A stretch of 64,000 nucleotides of DNA from NCBI GenBank assembly GCA_016182425.1, contig JACPGP010000030.1:11738-75737 (forward strand). Direction: 5' to 3'. The notes beneath the pieces were generated by a model. The model was not told where the DNA came from. It saw only the letters and a list, made by a program, of their open reading frames with translations, and did not search any database. Position numbers and translations under genes: made by a program. This DNA is from Candidatus Levyibacteriota bacterium. GTDB lineage: Bacteria; Patescibacteriota; Microgenomatia; Levybacterales; UBA12049. Shown here piece by piece: positions 28,162 to 38,941 of this stretch (position 1 is its first letter; every line of letters begins with the position of its first letter).

Positions 28162-28895
28162 AATTGAAAGTTATTAAAAAGAAACATTCAGGCAGAAACG
28201 CCAGCGGCAAGGTTACTGTCAGACACCAGGGTGGATTCCACAAACGATATCTTCGCGCGATCGATTTTAAGCGAAACAAGCAGGGCATTTTGGGTAAGGT
28301 TATTTCCTTGGAATACGATCCAAATAGAACCTGCGATATCGCCCTTTTGCAGTACGCAGATGGCGAGAAACGCTACATTCTAAAACCAGAGGGACTCAAA
28401 CTGGGAGATACGGTTATGGCCTCTTCTGACGCCGAAGTTAAGGTGGGAAACGCGCTGCCCATGGACGTTTTGCCTATTGGGACTATTATTCATAATGTCG
28501 AGTTAATACCAGGCAGAGGTGGTCAGATGGCCAGATCAGCGGGGACAGGAGCTATTATTCAAGCAAAAGAAGGAGGATTTGTACATCTTAAACTACCCTC
28601 CGGCGAAATCCGAAAAGTAAACGCCCGCGCCCTGGCTACAATAGGACAGCTTGGTAATATAGAGTGGAAAAATGAGGTGTTGGGAAAAGCGGGGAGAGCA
28701 AGAAACATGGGCAGACGTCCCACGGTTAGGGGTGTAGCGCAAAACCCGAGGTCTCACGCTCATGGCGGGGGAGAAGGAAGATCGGGTATTGGAATGACCA
28801 CGCCCAAAACCTACGTCGGAAGACGTGCGGTTGGAAAAACAAGAAAGAAACATAAATATTCCAATAAATATATTTTGCAAAGGAGGAAGAAATAA
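28158..28895 (+). CDS. rplB: 50S ribosomal protein L2
   Basis: [46 protein letters not shown] motifs. Confidence 0.9.
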   Translation: MKLKVIKKKHSGRNASGKVTVRHQGGFHKRYLRAIDFKRNKQGILGKVISLEYDPNRTCDIALLQYADGEKRYILKPEGLKLGDTVMASSDAEVKVGNALPMDVLPIGTIIHNVELIPGRGGQMARSAGTGAIIQAKEGGFVHLKLPSGEIRKVNARALATIGQLGNIEWKNEVLGKAGRARNMGRRPTVRGVAQNPRSHAHGGGEGRSGIGMTTPKTYVGRRAVGKTRKKHKYSNKYILQRRKK

Positions 28896-29179
28896 TGTCA
28901 AGAAGTACAAAGAAAGGTCCGTATATTGATCCGAAATTACTCAAAAAAGTTATGCGGCAAAAACAAAACGGTGATAGAGCAGCAATTAAAACTTGGTCTC
29001 GTGCTTGTCAAATTCCGCCGGAATTTGTTGGACACACGTTTTTGGTCCATAATGGGAAAACATTTATTAATGTTTTTATTACCGAGGCAATGGTTGGTTA
29101 CAGATTGGGTGAGTTTTCGTCAACTCGGACGTTTCGATCGCACGGAAGAGTAGTAGCTCGGGAAATCTCAAAGACATAA
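28895..29179 (+). CDS. rpsS: 30S ribosomal protein S19
   Basis: [19 protein letters not shown]...[23 protein letters not shown]. Confidence 0.9.
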   Translation: MSRSTKKGPYIDPKLLKKVMRQKQNGDRAAIKTWSRACQIPPEFVGHTFLVHNGKTFINVFITEAMVGYRLGEFSSTRTFRSHGRVVAREISKT

Positions 29180-29182
29180 CAT

Positions 29183-29530
29183 ATGGAAATAAAAGCAGAA
29201 AGTCATAATGTTCGAATAAGTCCAAGAAAAGTGAGGCTTATTGCGGATGCCATTCGTGAGCATTCGGTACAAGAAGCATTACGCATTCTTTCGGTTTTGT
29301 ATAAAAGAGCGGGAGGAGCGCTTCAGAAAACATTAAAAAGCGCTATTGCAAATGCGGTAAATAACAAAAAGCTAAAAGAAGAGAATTTACGGATTAAAAG
29401 CATTGAGATAGGAGGAGGAATGGCATTAAAACGCTATCACCCATCAACTCGAGGAAGAATGCATCCATATAAAAAACGAGCAAGCCATATAAAAGTTATA
29501 TTAGAGGAGGTACATGGGACAAAAAATTAA
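29183..29530 (+). CDS. rplV: 50S ribosomal protein L22
   Basis: RISPRKVRLIADAIR conserved start. 115 aa. Confidence 0.9.
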   Translation: MEIKAESHNVRISPRKVRLIADAIREHSVQEALRILSVLYKRAGGALQKTLKSAIANAVNNKKLKEENLRIKSIEIGGGMALKRYHPSTRGRMHPYKKRASHIKVILEEVHGTKN

Positions 29531-30161
29531 TCCACAGGTATTACGAATTGGTCCAATCTATGACTGGGTAAGTCATTGGTTTGAAAAGAAACGGTACAAG
29601 AATATTTTACTTGAGGATTACATTATTAGAAAAAAGTTGATGGCGCGTTTAAGAAGCGCGGGGGTTGCCAAGATAGAAATAGACCGCTCAATCAACAGCA
29701 TAAAAATTACGGCATTTGTGTCAAAACCAGGTATGGTAATTGGCAGGGCCGGAACAGGACTTGAGGAGCTGAAGAAGTTCTTGTTAAGCATTATGAAATC
29801 ATTTGCCAAGACAAAGAATTTATCCAAGCTAGATATCAGAATTGAGCCGGTCAAGGAGCCGAATCTTGACGCGTTTCTAATCGCAAATACGATCGCGGAC
29901 CAGCTCGTCAGGCGTCTTTCCTACAAACGGGTAATGCTTCAGGCAGCAGAAAAGGTGATGAGTTCGGGAGCAAAAGGAGTTAGAATTATTTTATCGGGAA
30001 GAATCGCAGGAGCAGAAATTAGCAGGCGAGAAAAGATTCAACGGGGAACAGTGCCGCTTTCAACAATCAGAGAGCATATATATTTTGCCAGCGTCCCCGC
30101 GCTTACCAAAAAAGGATACATAGGAGTTAAGGTGTGGATTAATAGACCGGAGGGGAAATAA
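29514..30161 (+). CDS. rpsC: 30S ribosomal protein S3
   Basis: [14 protein letters not shown] start, KH domain, [15 protein letters not shown]. Confidence 0.9.
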   Translation: MGQKINPQVLRIGPIYDWVSHWFEKKRYKNILLEDYIIRKKLMARLRSAGVAKIEIDRSINSIKITAFVSKPGMVIGRAGTGLEELKKFLLSIMKSFAKTKNLSKLDIRIEPVKEPNLDAFLIANTIADQLVRRLSYKRVMLQAAEKVMSSGAKGVRIILSGRIAGAEISRREKIQRGTVPLSTIREHIYFASVPALTKKGYIGVKVWINRPEGK

Positions 30162-30162
30162 T

Positions 30163-30567
30163 ATGTTAGTTCCAAAGAGAGCAAAGTATCGTAAAGCTCA
30201 CAGGGGGAGAATGAGAGGCAATGCCCATTCTGGCACAGATATTTCTTTTGGCGAATATGGGCTGTTGTCATCCGAAAGAGCCTGGGTAACGAGTCGACAG
30301 ATAGAAGCAGCCAGGCGCGCCATAACTCATTATACTCAGCGGGGAGGAAGGGTATGGATTCGCATTTTCCCAGATAAACCAATCACCAAAAAGCCCGCGG
30401 AAACCAGAATGGGGAGCGGAAAGGGTGATGTATATGAGTATGTCGCGGTGGTAAAACCAGGCAGAGTCATCTTTGAGATGGGTGGAGTAACAAAAGATAT
30501 TGCTTTTGCAGCACTGCGGCTGGCTTCGCACAAGTTGCCTGTCAAAGCGAAAATAATTGAAAAATAA
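30163..30567 (+). CDS. rplP: 50S ribosomal protein L16
   Basis: [19 protein letters not shown] start and TRMGSGKG motif. Confidence 0.9.
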   Translation: MLVPKRAKYRKAHRGRMRGNAHSGTDISFGEYGLLSSERAWVTSRQIEAARRAITHYTQRGGRVWIRIFPDKPITKKPAETRMGSGKGDVYEYVAVVKPGRVIFEMGGVTKDIAFAALRLASHKLPVKAKIIEK

Positions 30568-30781
30568 AAATATGAAAATAAAAGAAAAAAAAGAATTACA
30601 CCATAAAACAGCAGTAGAATTAAAGGCGCTTATTTCTCAGGCGAAAGACGAACTAGCCATACTTAAGATGTCTAAAAAGCGAGGAAAAATAAAAAACACG
30701 AGTGCACTTTTACACAAAAGAAAAGATATTGCTAGAATGTATAGTATTTTGCGAGAAAGGCAGCTTGATGAAAACGCTTAA
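30557..30781 (+). CDS. rpmC: 50S ribosomal protein L29
   Basis: [20 protein letters not shown] helical L29 pattern. Start may be the downstream Met at 30572. Confidence 0.8.
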   Translation: MKNKNMKIKEKKELHHKTAVELKALISQAKDELAILKMSKKRGKIKNTSALLHKRKDIARMYSILRERQLDENA

Positions 30782-30998
30782 AGGCATTGTGTTATCAAAA
30801 AACATGGAGAAAACAGCAGTCGTTGTTGTTGAGCAGATAAAGATTCACTCCTTATACAAGAAGCGGTTTAAAAGACACCAGAAATATAAGGTAGATACGG
30901 GGGAGATGTCTGTTTCGGTGGGCGATACCGTGCGCATTACTGAGACAAAGCCAATTTCAAAAGAAAAACATTTTAGGATAATGGAGGTTTTAAAATAA
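30768..30998 (+). CDS. rpsQ: 30S ribosomal protein S17
   Basis: [22 protein letters not shown]...VGDTVRITETKPISKEKHF. Overlaps the rpmC end. Confidence 0.85.
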   Translation: MKTLKGIVLSKNMEKTAVVVVEQIKIHSLYKKRFKRHQKYKVDTGEMSVSVGDTVRITETKPISKEKHFRIMEVLK

Positions 30999-31001
30999 TC
31001 T

Positions 31002-31376
31002 ATGGTTCAGCATAAAACAGTATTGAAGGTTGCAGATAACTGTGGAGCAAAATCGCTTATTGTAATACATATCTTCGGCGGATCGAAACGCAAGTTTGGT
31101 TACCTGGGAGACGTCCTCAATTGCGTGGTAAGGGAGGCATCTCCCATCGGTCAAGTGAAAGACGCAGAGATAGTAAAAGTAGTGTTGGTTCGTACTAAAA
31201 AGGAGCATCAGCGTCCTGACGGTTCGTACATACGATTTTCTGATAACGCTGGGGTAGTGATTGATAATCCAAAAGATAAAAATCCCAAAGGAACCAGAAT
31301 TTTTGGACCGATCGCCCGCGAAGTAAAAAACAAAGGATTCACAAAAATTGCCAGCATGGCAACAGAAGTCGTATAG
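31002..31376 (+). CDS. rplN: 50S ribosomal protein L14
   Basis: LKVADNCGAK and FGPIAREV conserved blocks. Confidence 0.9.
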   Translation: MVQHKTVLKVADNCGAKSLIVIHIFGGSKRKFGYLGDVLNCVVREASPIGQVKDAEIVKVVLVRTKKEHQRPDGSYIRFSDNAGVVIDNPKDKNPKGTRIFGPIAREVKNKGFTKIASMATEVV

Positions 31377-31379
31377 CGT

Positions 31380-31685
31380 ATGAAACTAAAAAAAGGAGAC
31401 GAGGTAAAAGTTGTTATGGGTAAAGATAAAGGAAAAACGGGAAAGGTAGAGAAGGTTTTTCCAGATAAGCAGAGAGTGTTGGTTTCGGGTGTCAATCAGT
31501 ATAAAAGGCACTTGAAAGCACGTTCGCAGAAACAGCCGTCAGAAATTGTTACAATCACAAAGCCGCTGGCGGTGGCAAATGTGATGAGAATCTGCCCTAA
31601 ATGCCATTTGGGGAGCAGGATTTTTTACCAAACTATAGAAGAGAAGAAAGAAAGGATGTGTCAAAAATGCCAAAAAGCGATATAA
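31380..31685 (+). CDS. rplX: 50S ribosomal protein L24 with C-terminal C4 zinc-ribbon extension
   Basis: KOW motif [20 protein letters not shown], then CPKCH...CQKC near the C-terminus. Confidence 0.85.
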   Translation: MKLKKGDEVKVVMGKDKGKTGKVEKVFPDKQRVLVSGVNQYKRHLKARSQKQPSEIVTITKPLAVANVMRICPKCHLGSRIFYQTIEEKKERMCQKCQKAI

Positions 31686-32218
31686 AAAACAAAACATTAC
31701 TATTACAAGAGAAACTTGGTATTAAAAACCCAATGGCAGTGCCACGACTTTCTAAAATTGTGGTTAACATTGGAGTAAAAGATGCCGTGTCTGACAAGAA
31801 GAACATGGAAAAAGTTCTTTCTATTCTGCCTGAAATAACCGGCCAGAAACCAAAAGTAGCCCGCGCTAAGAAATCAATAGCGGGATTTAAGCTGCGAGAG
31901 AAAGACGCGATAGGAGCGGTTGTGACTCTGCGCGGAAAGCGAATGTATGATTTTTTTGTAAAACTTGTTAATATTGTGTTGCCGAGACTTCGAGACTTTC
32001 ACGGGGTGGGAAGAGGACATTTTGACGGGCATGGAAATTATACTCTAGGATTTACGGAACATACAGTTTTTCCAGAAATTGATCTGGGGAAAGTTGATAA
32101 GGTTTTTGGCCTTGAAGTTGTTATTGTGACCACGGCCAAAAACGATAAAGAGGGGTTAATACTTTTAGAAATGCTTGGTATGCCCTTCCAGAAAGGACAG
32201 GATGGCAAAAAAATCTGA
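31667..32218 (+). CDS. rplE: 50S ribosomal protein L5
   Basis: Start chosen at [11 protein letters not shown]. Conserved L5 blocks ([19 protein letters not shown]). Overlaps the rplX 3' end by 19 nt. Confidence 0.9.
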   Translation: MPKSDIKNKTLLLQEKLGIKNPMAVPRLSKIVVNIGVKDAVSDKKNMEKVLSILPEITGQKPKVARAKKSIAGFKLREKDAIGAVVTLRGKRMYDFFVKLVNIVLPRLRDFHGVGRGHFDGHGNYTLGFTEHTVFPEIDLGKVDKVFGLEVVIVTTAKNDKEGLILLEMLGMPFQKGQDGKKI

Positions 32219-32387
32219 CATAGTAAAATTTAAAAAAAAACAAAAATACGAAGTTAGACAAAGAAATAGATGCAATCTTTGTGGAAGGGCGCGAAGCTAC
32301 ATGCGTCGTTTTGGGCTATGCAGAATGTGTTTTCGAGAGTTGGCGGTAAAAGGAGAATTGCCGGGCGTAACTAAGGCAAGTTGGTAA
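32202..32387 (+). CDS. rpsZ: 30S ribosomal protein S14 type Z (zinc-binding)
   Basis: [26 protein letters not shown]4 motif. 61 aa. Confidence 0.85.
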   Translation: MAKKSDIVKFKKKQKYEVRQRNRCNLCGRARSYMRRFGLCRMCFRELAVKGELPGVTKASW

Positions 32388-32388
32388 T

Positions 32389-32766
32389 ATGCAAGATTTT
32401 GTTATTAGAGTAAAAAATGCCGCTTTGGCGCGCAGGAAAGAAGTGATACTTCCGTATTCAAAAATAAATAAAGCGGTCGGGGGTATTTTGGTAAAAGCTG
32501 GATTTTTGGAAACACTAAAGGAGGAAGGAAAAGGAAAGAAAGTACTTGTGGCAAAAATACGGTACCAGAAGAGTAAACCAGTTCTGATTGATGTTTGTCT
32601 TATCTCAAAACCGTCGCTTCGTATTTATGCAAATGCTAAACATGTCAAGATGGGAAAAGGTATGTCCCGTGGTATCGAGATTATTTCTACCAGCCAGGGG
32701 GTTATGACAGGGGGAGAAGCAAAGAAACTTGGTATTGGCGGAGAAGTACTGTTTAGAATTTGGTAA
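32389..32766 (+). CDS. rpsH: 30S ribosomal protein S8
   Basis: Position, size (125 aa) and conserved S8 blocks. Confidence 0.9.
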   Translation: MQDFVIRVKNAALARRKEVILPYSKINKAVGGILVKAGFLETLKEEGKGKKVLVAKIRYQKSKPVLIDVCLISKPSLRIYANAKHVKMGKGMSRGIEIISTSQGVMTGGEAKKLGIGGEVLFRIW

Positions 32767-32770
32767 AACT

Positions 32771-33322
32771 ATGTCAAAAATTGGGAAAATACCGGTTATC
32801 CTTAAAGAAGGAGTAACAGCCACAATCGAAGGCCAAAAGATAATGATAAGTGGGCCAAAGGGAACACTATCATACACTTTTCCTTTGGAGATTGATGTCG
32901 ATATCAAGGGTGGAAAAATTGTGGTTTCGCCAAAAAAAGAAGCACAAGAATCAGGCAAAGCGGCATTTGGTTTAACACGCGCGATGATTGGGAATATGAC
33001 AAAGGGCGTCACCGAGGGGTTTGAAAAAAAACTTGAGCTGACAGGCGTTGGGTATAGGGCTCAGGTTATGGGTAAAGACCTGTCTGTCTCGGTGGGTTTT
33101 TCTCATCCGGTAAAAGTGGCTGCTCCTTTGGGAATTCAATTTGCTGTTTTGGAAAACACCATTGTTATTTCCGGAATAGATAAGACATTGGTTGGTAATG
33201 TGGCGGCAACAATTCGTAGGATTCGCCCCCCAGAACCATACAAAGGGAAGGGCATCAAGTATGCAGGAGAACGAATACGTCGAAAAGCAGGTAAAGCAGC
33301 CAAGGCAGTAGGAACAAAGTAG
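32771..33322 (+). CDS. rplF: 50S ribosomal protein L6
   Basis: MSKIGKIPVIL start, two-domain L6 pattern. Confidence 0.9.
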   Translation: MSKIGKIPVILKEGVTATIEGQKIMISGPKGTLSYTFPLEIDVDIKGGKIVVSPKKEAQESGKAAFGLTRAMIGNMTKGVTEGFEKKLELTGVGYRAQVMGKDLSVSVGFSHPVKVAAPLGIQFAVLENTIVISGIDKTLVGNVAATIRRIRPPEPYKGKGIKYAGERIRRKAGKAAKAVGTK

Positions 33323-33333
33323 AATTTAGAGTT

Positions 33334-33663
33334 ATGAATAAAAAAAGGCAAAAAAGAGTCAGAGCAAAAGTGAGGGGTACAAAGGATATGCCAAGATTAT
33401 CCATGTATAGATCTAATAGATATCTTTATGGGCAGCTTATTAATGATGAGAAAGCTGTAACAATTGTTGGTATATCGGAAAAAGAGCTTGAAAATAAAAA
33501 GGTAACAAAAAGTGCCAGGGCAAAAACACTAGGAACACTTTTTGCTAAAAAGGTGATTGCCAAAAAGATAAAAAAAGTTAGATTTGATCGAGGAAGCTAC
33601 AAATACCACGGACGAGTAAAAGCGTTTGCAGAAGGTGCTAGAGAGGGAGGGTTAAAATTTTAA
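33334..33663 (+). CDS. rplR: 50S ribosomal protein L18
   Basis: PRLSMYRSNRYLYGQLINDE... conserved L18 start. Confidence 0.85.
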   Translation: MNKKRQKRVRAKVRGTKDMPRLSMYRSNRYLYGQLINDEKAVTIVGISEKELENKKVTKSARAKTLGTLFAKKVIAKKIKKVRFDRGSYKYHGRVKAFAEGAREGGLKF

Positions 33664-34115
33664 TGGAGAGAGAATTTGAAGAAAAAATTGTCCAGATAAA
33701 CAGAGTTTCCAAGAAAACCAAAGGAGGTAATAAAATTGGTTTTTCGGTGGTTGTGGTAGTGGGAGACAGAAAGGGTAAAGTTGGGGTGGGCTTAGGAAAG
33801 GCAGTGGATGTATCATCGTCTATTCGCAAAGGGGTGGAAGTGGCCAAGAAACACATGCTATCTGTACCAATTGTCCAGGGTACTATCCCGCTTTCGATTT
33901 TAATAAAAAGAGGCGCCGCCAAAGTACTCTTAAAACCAGCCCCTCCGGGTAGCGGGGTTATTGCCGGAGGAGCGGTGCGAAGTGTAGTTGAGGCAGCAGG
34001 CATCCACAATATCTCATCCAAGGTTTTAGGAACAAAAAATCAAGCATCCAATGTGTATGCCACACTGGAAGCGCTGATGCGTATATCAGAGCTGTATAAG
34101 AGGGAGAAAAAATGA
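33663..34115 (+). CDS. rpsE: 30S ribosomal protein S5
   Basis: RVSKKTKGGNKIGFSVVVVVGDRKGKVGVGLGKA conserved S5 block. Directly followed by rplO, with no rpmD (L30). Confidence 0.9.
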   Translation: MEREFEEKIVQINRVSKKTKGGNKIGFSVVVVVGDRKGKVGVGLGKAVDVSSSIRKGVEVAKKHMLSVPIVQGTIPLSILIKRGAAKVLLKPAPPGSGVIAGGAVRSVVEAAGIHNISSKVLGTKNQASNVYATLEALMRISELYKREKK

Positions 34116-34558
34116 GCGAGCTTAATAATTTGGTCAAGCTGGTGAAAAATAAGAAGAAACGTTTAGGGCAAGGCCACGGATCAGGAAGAGGAAAAACCGC
34201 CGGTCGTGGCACCAAGGGTCAAAAGGCCCGAGGAAAGATCCCCTCCTATTTTGAAGGAGGAGCGTTGCCTTTAATAAAACGTCTTCCTTTTAGGCGGGGG
34301 AAAGGTAAAAATAAGCTATTTAAGAAAAAGCCCATTATTGTAAACGTGAAGACGCTAAATCTTTTGCCAAAAGGTGCGACTGTTGATATTAAGACATTAG
34401 TTTTGCATAATATTGTCGATGAGAAAGACGCGGTAGAAAACGGCGTGAAGATCTTAGGAGACGGAACACTGACTGTTTTACTAACTGTTGCTTTGCCGAC
34501 ATCAAAGGGCGCACGTGGGAAGATTGAAAAAATGGGCGGAAAAGTCACTTCGTTGTAA
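34112..34558 (+). CDS. rplO: 50S ribosomal protein L15
   Basis: GQGHGSGRGKTAGRGTKGQKAR glycine-rich L15 N-terminus. Confidence 0.85.
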   Translation: MSELNNLVKLVKNKKKRLGQGHGSGRGKTAGRGTKGQKARGKIPSYFEGGALPLIKRLPFRRGKGKNKLFKKKPIIVNVKTLNLLPKGATVDIKTLVLHNIVDEKDAVENGVKILGDGTLTVLLTVALPTSKGARGKIEKMGGKVTSL

Positions 34559-34561
34559 TAG

Positions 34562-35848
34562 ATGAAAGACGTCTTTCGGATTTTTCAAAATAGCATAAAA
34601 ACACAGGATGTACGGAGAAAAATTCTCTTTACCATAGGCATTTTTGTGGTTTTTAGAATTTTTGCCTATATCCCGGTCAGCGGAGTGAATCTAGCAAGTC
34701 TTAAAGCGCTTTTTTCCCAGAATCAATTTTTAGGTTTACTCGATATATTTTCTGGCGGAACTCTGGCCAACTTTTCGGTAATGGCGCTAGGTCTTAACCC
34801 GTATATTAATGCCTCAATTATTTTACAGCTTGCGACACTGGTTTTTCCCAAACTGGAAGCTCTTTCTAAAGAAGGTGAAGCCGGGCGCCAAAAGATAAAT
34901 CAGTATACCAGGTTTTTAACAGTGCCGCTGGCGGCGGTGCAGGCAATTGGAATGTATACTCTTCTTCGCAACCAGGGAATTATTGCCACGTTGGTGCCAA
35001 TACAGCTTGTTTCGTTTATTGTGACCATGACGGCCGGAACAATGTTTTTGGTCTGGTTGGGCGAGCTTATTTCCGAGAAAGGTATTGGAAATGGCATATC
35101 GATTCTTATCTTTGCCGGAATTGTGGGGAGGATTCCCGTGGTCTTTGTGCAGACCGTGCAGACGGTGACTAGCGAGAACATACTTAGCATTTTAACGTTT
35201 CTTTTTATAGGAGTGGTGGTTATTGCGGCAATCATTTTTATGAATGAAGCAGTGCGGCAAATAGCAGTGTACTATGCCAAGCGGGTGAGAGGAAGTAAAA
35301 TGTATGGCGGACAAACGACTCATCTTCCCTTGCGACTCAATCAGGCAGGAGTAATTCCTATTATTTTTGCTGTGTCTTTGGTGCTTTTTCCTTCTCTTAT
35401 TGGCAACTACTTAATTGCTTCGAAAAACAACATTGTTCACGTTATTGGTCTATCAATGTCATCTCTTTTCAATCCTGTAGGATTATTCTACAACGCACTT
35501 TACTTCTTTTTAGTGGTGGGATTTACTTACTTTTACACTGCTGTTATTTTTAACCCCAAAAAAATTTCCGATGAAATACAAAAATATGGAGGGTTTATTC
35601 CAGGTATTCGTCCGGGAACACCTACCGCCCATTATCTTAATTACATCTTAACCAGAATCACCTTGGCGGGAGCCACCTTTTTAGGCAGCATCGCAATTCT
35701 TCCCATGATTGCCCGCGCTGCAACAGGTATTGAAACGCTGCTGTTGGGAGGAACGGGAATCCTCATCGTTGTGTCTGTTGTTTTAGAAACTGTTCGAACA
35801 TTAGAGGCGCAGTTAGTCATGCGAAATTACGAGCGATTTGTTAAATGA
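34562..35848 (+). CDS. secY: preprotein translocase subunit SecY
   Basis: 10-TM protein at the canonical position after rplO. 428 aa. Confidence 0.9.
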   Translation: MKDVFRIFQNSIKTQDVRRKILFTIGIFVVFRIFAYIPVSGVNLASLKALFSQNQFLGLLDIFSGGTLANFSVMALGLNPYINASIILQLATLVFPKLEALSKEGEAGRQKINQYTRFLTVPLAAVQAIGMYTLLRNQGIIATLVPIQLVSFIVTMTAGTMFLVWLGELISEKGIGNGISILIFAGIVGRIPVVFVQTVQTVTSENILSILTFLFIGVVVIAAIIFMNEAVRQIAVYYAKRVRGSKMYGGQTTHLPLRLNQAGVIPIIFAVSLVLFPSLIGNYLIASKNNIVHVIGLSMSSLFNPVGLFYNALYFFLVVGFTYFYTAVIFNPKKISDEIQKYGGFIPGIRPGTPTAHYLNYILTRITLAGATFLGSIAILPMIARAATGIETLLLGGTGILIVVSVVLETVRTLEAQLVMRNYERFVK

Positions 35849-36390
35849 AAATAGTGCTTATTGGCATTCAGGGATCTGGAAAATCAACCCAGGGAAACCT
35901 GCTTTCTAAAAAATTGAAAATTCCCTATCTTTCGACAGGGCATATTTTTAGAGAATTAGCAAAAGAGCGCACAAATCTTGGGCGTTACATCAAAGAAGTT
36001 ATGAACGCAGGATATCTTATCCCAGATGATAAGACTCTTGAGATAGTATCTGAGTATTTAAAAAGAGATGAATATAAAAACGGATATATTCTTGATGGAT
36101 TTCCACGAACACCATTGCAAGCTAAAGCATTCAAAAATGGCATCGATAAAGTTATTTATCTTAAAGTATCCGATAAGGAAGCGCTTTGGCGTCTTTCTCT
36201 TCGTAATGATGGTGAGGGGCGAGAGGATGATACATTAAGGGCAATTCATAAACGTATTGAGCTTTTTCATAAATTTACCGAGCCGGTTCTTTCTTTTTAC
36301 AAAAAGATCGGTGAACTGGTGGAAATAGATGGTGAGGCGGATATTAAGATAATACACAGACAGATTCTTAAAGTCTTGGGGGTGGCATGA
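35845..36390 (+). CDS. adk: adenylate kinase (short, no zinc lid)
   Basis: [11 protein letters not shown]-loop. 181 aa. Canonical position after secY. Confidence 0.85.
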   Translation: MKIVLIGIQGSGKSTQGNLLSKKLKIPYLSTGHIFRELAKERTNLGRYIKEVMNAGYLIPDDKTLEIVSEYLKRDEYKNGYILDGFPRTPLQAKAFKNGIDKVIYLKVSDKEALWRLSLRNDGEGREDDTLRAIHKRIELFHKFTEPVLSFYKKIGELVEIDGEADIKIIHRQILKVLGVA

Positions 36391-36953
36391 GCAAAAAACA
36401 GATTCTCGCGTTTGTAGGCATGCCCGGTTCTGGTAAGAGTTTAGTTGCCTCGTACTTACAAAAAAAAGGATTGCCATTTGTTCGTTTTGGTGATCTTACC
36501 AAGCAAGAAATTGCTCGTCGAAAACTTACCCTATCGCCGGAGAATGAGCAAGTGGTCCGTGAATCCATAAGGCAGGAGTTTGGCATGGCTGCATTTGCTA
36601 CAAAAGCAAAACCCAAAATTAAGGAGTTATTTTTATCCCACGACACTGTAGCTATAGACGGGATGTATTCGTGGGAAGAATATTTGTTTCTTAAAGAAAC
36701 ATTTTCTTATGTTTTTGTTATTCATATTTTTGCAAATCGCAGCATTCGTTACGAACGTTTGGCAAAGCGAAAGGCTCGTCCTTTTACAACAAAGCAGGCT
36801 CAAAAAAGGGATTTTGCAGAGATAGAAAAACTTAATAAAGGCGGCCCAATTGCAATTGCAGATTATCTTATAGATAACACAAGTGATAACAAAGAAGAAC
36901 TTTATAAAAAAATTGATAAATTGCTCTTAGTGCTTGGAATAAAAAATGGTTGA
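36387..36953 (+). CDS. P-loop nucleoside/nucleotide kinase family protein (dephospho-CoA kinase-like / UPF0200-like)
   Basis: GMPGSGKS Walker A, about 188 aa, ATGA overlap with adk. Specific substrate not assignable from sequence. Confidence 0.4.
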   Translation: MSKKQILAFVGMPGSGKSLVASYLQKKGLPFVRFGDLTKQEIARRKLTLSPENEQVVRESIRQEFGMAAFATKAKPKIKELFLSHDTVAIDGMYSWEEYLFLKETFSYVFVIHIFANRSIRYERLAKRKARPFTTKQAQKRDFAEIEKLNKGGPIAIADYLIDNTSDNKEELYKKIDKLLLVLGIKNG

Positions 36954-37695
36954 TATAAAAACAAAAAAGGATTTAGAAATAATGAGTAAGGGCGGAGCTA
37001 TTTTGACTGCGGTTCTACACGAGGTTTTAGAACATGTAAAGCCTGGAGTTTCAGAACTTGAGCTTGACAGGTTAGCAGAAAAGCTTATTTTGCAAAAAGG
37101 TGGGGAGCCTGGGTTTAAAAAAATTCCTGGATATAAGCATACAATTTGCATATCAACAAACGACGTTGTAGTGCATGGTATCCCGACTAACTACAAGTTA
37201 AGAGAAGGAGATATTGTAGGAATTGACTGTGGTGTATTTTATAACGGTTTTCATACAGATATGGCAGAGACAGTACAAATTCAAAATGACAACGAAAAAA
37301 TCAAAAAGTTTTTAGATACCGGGAAACATGCATTGGAAGAGGCAATTAAACAGGCAAGAATAGGAAATAGGATTGGGCATATTTCAAAAACAATACAAGA
37401 AATTGTTGAGCGTGATGGATACTCAGCGGTCAGGAGTCTTATTGGACACGGTGTGGGACGGGAACTTCATGAGGAGCCCGAGGTGCCAGGCTTCTTAAAC
37501 CGAAAAATCGAAAAAACGCCACTTTTAACAGAAGGCATGACTATTGCAATTGAGGTGATCTATAATATGGGAAAGCATGACGTGGTCTACTCAAATCAGG
37601 ACGGATGGACAATAAAAACTGCTGATGGCAGCATTTCCGGGCTTTTTGAACGAACAATAGCAATTATAAAAAACGGTGCGCGCATTCTTACATAA
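36946..37695 (+). CDS. map: type I methionine aminopeptidase
   Basis: Pita-bread fold metal ligands (DIVGIDCGVFYNGFHTDMAET, GHGVGRELHEEP). Confidence 0.85.
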   Translation: MVDIKTKKDLEIMSKGGAILTAVLHEVLEHVKPGVSELELDRLAEKLILQKGGEPGFKKIPGYKHTICISTNDVVVHGIPTNYKLREGDIVGIDCGVFYNGFHTDMAETVQIQNDNEKIKKFLDTGKHALEEAIKQARIGNRIGHISKTIQEIVERDGYSAVRSLIGHGVGRELHEEPEVPGFLNRKIEKTPLLTEGMTIAIEVIYNMGKHDVVYSNQDGWTIKTADGSISGLFERTIAIIKNGARILT

Positions 37696-37706
37696 TAAGT
37701 AATAAG

Positions 37707-37735
37707 TTGCTGTTTATAGGATAGTTTGGTATAAT
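37707..37735 (+). promoter_or_regulatory. promoter TTGCTG-17-TATAAT with extended -10 (TGGTATAAT), 9 nt before infA ATG (near-leaderless)
   Basis: TTGCTG at 37707-37712, TGGTATAAT at 37727-37735, ATG at 37745. Confidence 0.4.
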
Positions 37736-37744
37736 TTCTTTTCT

Positions 37745-37963
37745 ATGGCTCATCAGGGATCGTTCGAAGTAGAAGGCGTTGTTAAAGAATCGTTGCCTAA
37801 TACTTTGTTTCGTGTTCAAACTTCGGATGGAAACTTGCTGTTATGCCACCTTTCCGGTAAAATGCGGATGCATTTTATCAAGATTTTGCCAGGAGACAGG
37901 GTTCGGGTAGAAATGACGCCATACGATAAGAATAAAGGTAGAATAGTATACAGACATAAATAA
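37745..37963 (+). CDS. infA: translation initiation factor IF-1
   Basis: S1-like OB fold. 72 aa. [17 protein letters not shown]...GKMR. Confidence 0.9.
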   Translation: MAHQGSFEVEGVVKESLPNTLFRVQTSDGNLLLCHLSGKMRMHFIKILPGDRVRVEMTPYDKNKGRIVYRHK

Positions 37964-37967
37964 ATTT

Positions 37968-38081
37968 ATGAAAGTCCAGGCCAGCGTTAAACAGCGGTGT
38001 GTGAAATGCAAAATTATTAAACGAAGAGGTGTCGTGCGAGTTGTCTGCGACAATCCACGACATAAACAAAGACAGGGATAA
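37968..38081 (+). CDS. rpmJ: 50S ribosomal protein L36 (not in supplied ORF track, 37 aa)
   Basis: Translates to [37 protein letters not shown] with a C-x2-C...C...H zinc ribbon. Canonical position between infA and rpsM. Confidence 0.8.
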   Translation: MKVQASVKQRCVKCKIIKRRGVVRVVCDNPRHKQRQG

Positions 38082-38084
38082 CGT

Positions 38085-38522
38085 ATGAGAATCTCAGGAG
38101 TAAGTATTCCAGAGGGAAAAAGAATTGATATTGCTTTGACATACCTTTATGGTATTGGGAGAGGTAATGTATATGAGGTACTGCAAAAGGCAGAGGTTGA
38201 TCCAGCCAAGCGAGTAAAAACGCTTTCCGAAGAAGAGCAGAAACGGATTCAGAAGGCACTCGAAACGCACAAGATTGAAGGAGATCTGAGGGCAGAAGTA
38301 ACAGAAGTGATTAAGCGGCTGAAAGAGACAGGCAGTTATCGAGGAATGCGGCACATTCGAAATCTGCCAGCGCGAGGCCAGCGGACACGATCAAACGCGC
38401 GGACCAAAAGAGGAAAACGGGTGACAATCGGTGCTATCAAGAAGGAAGTTGCTACAAAGATGGGGCTTGATACTAAAGCCGAAACGCCAACAAAGACATC
38501 AGACCAAGGAGGTAAAAAGTAA
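38085..38522 (+). CDS. rpsM: 30S ribosomal protein S13
   Basis: [25 protein letters not shown] start and GSYRGMRH block. Confidence 0.9.
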   Translation: MRISGVSIPEGKRIDIALTYLYGIGRGNVYEVLQKAEVDPAKRVKTLSEEEQKRIQKALETHKIEGDLRAEVTEVIKRLKETGSYRGMRHIRNLPARGQRTRSNARTKRGKRVTIGAIKKEVATKMGLDTKAETPTKTSDQGGKK

Positions 38523-38527
38523 AGAGT

Positions 38528-38938
38528 ATGGCAGAGAAGAAGTCCGTCAAAGGCCAATCGGCCTCTGGCCGGAAAAAAATAGGCGTAAAGGTGTCGCCTA
38601 AAGGAAGGGTGTATATTACATCAACATTTAACAATACGCTTATTACCATCACTAATGAGCAGGGAGACACGGTGGCGTGGGGATCATCGGGCGGAGCAGG
38701 GTTTAAGGGTACGCGAAAATCAACACCCTACGCGGCAACTGTGGCAATGGAACAAGCAGCAAAGAGGGCCATTGTCGATGGCATTAAGTCTGTGGATGTG
38801 TTTGTGAAAGGGCCGGGGTCCGGAAGAGATTCGGCGCTTCGCGCAATTAAAGCTGTCGGGATGTCGATAACGTCGATTGCGGATATTACACCCATTCCTC
38901 ACAATGGACCGCGGGCAAAAAAGAAAAGGAGAGTATAA
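38528..38938 (+). CDS. rpsK: 30S ribosomal protein S11
   Basis: [30 protein letters not shown] conserved S11 block. Confidence 0.9.
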   Translation: MAEKKSVKGQSASGRKKIGVKVSPKGRVYITSTFNNTLITITNEQGDTVAWGSSGGAGFKGTRKSTPYAATVAMEQAAKRAIVDGIKSVDVFVKGPGSGRDSALRAIKAVGMSITSIADITPIPHNGPRAKKKRRV

Positions 38939-38941
38939 ACT

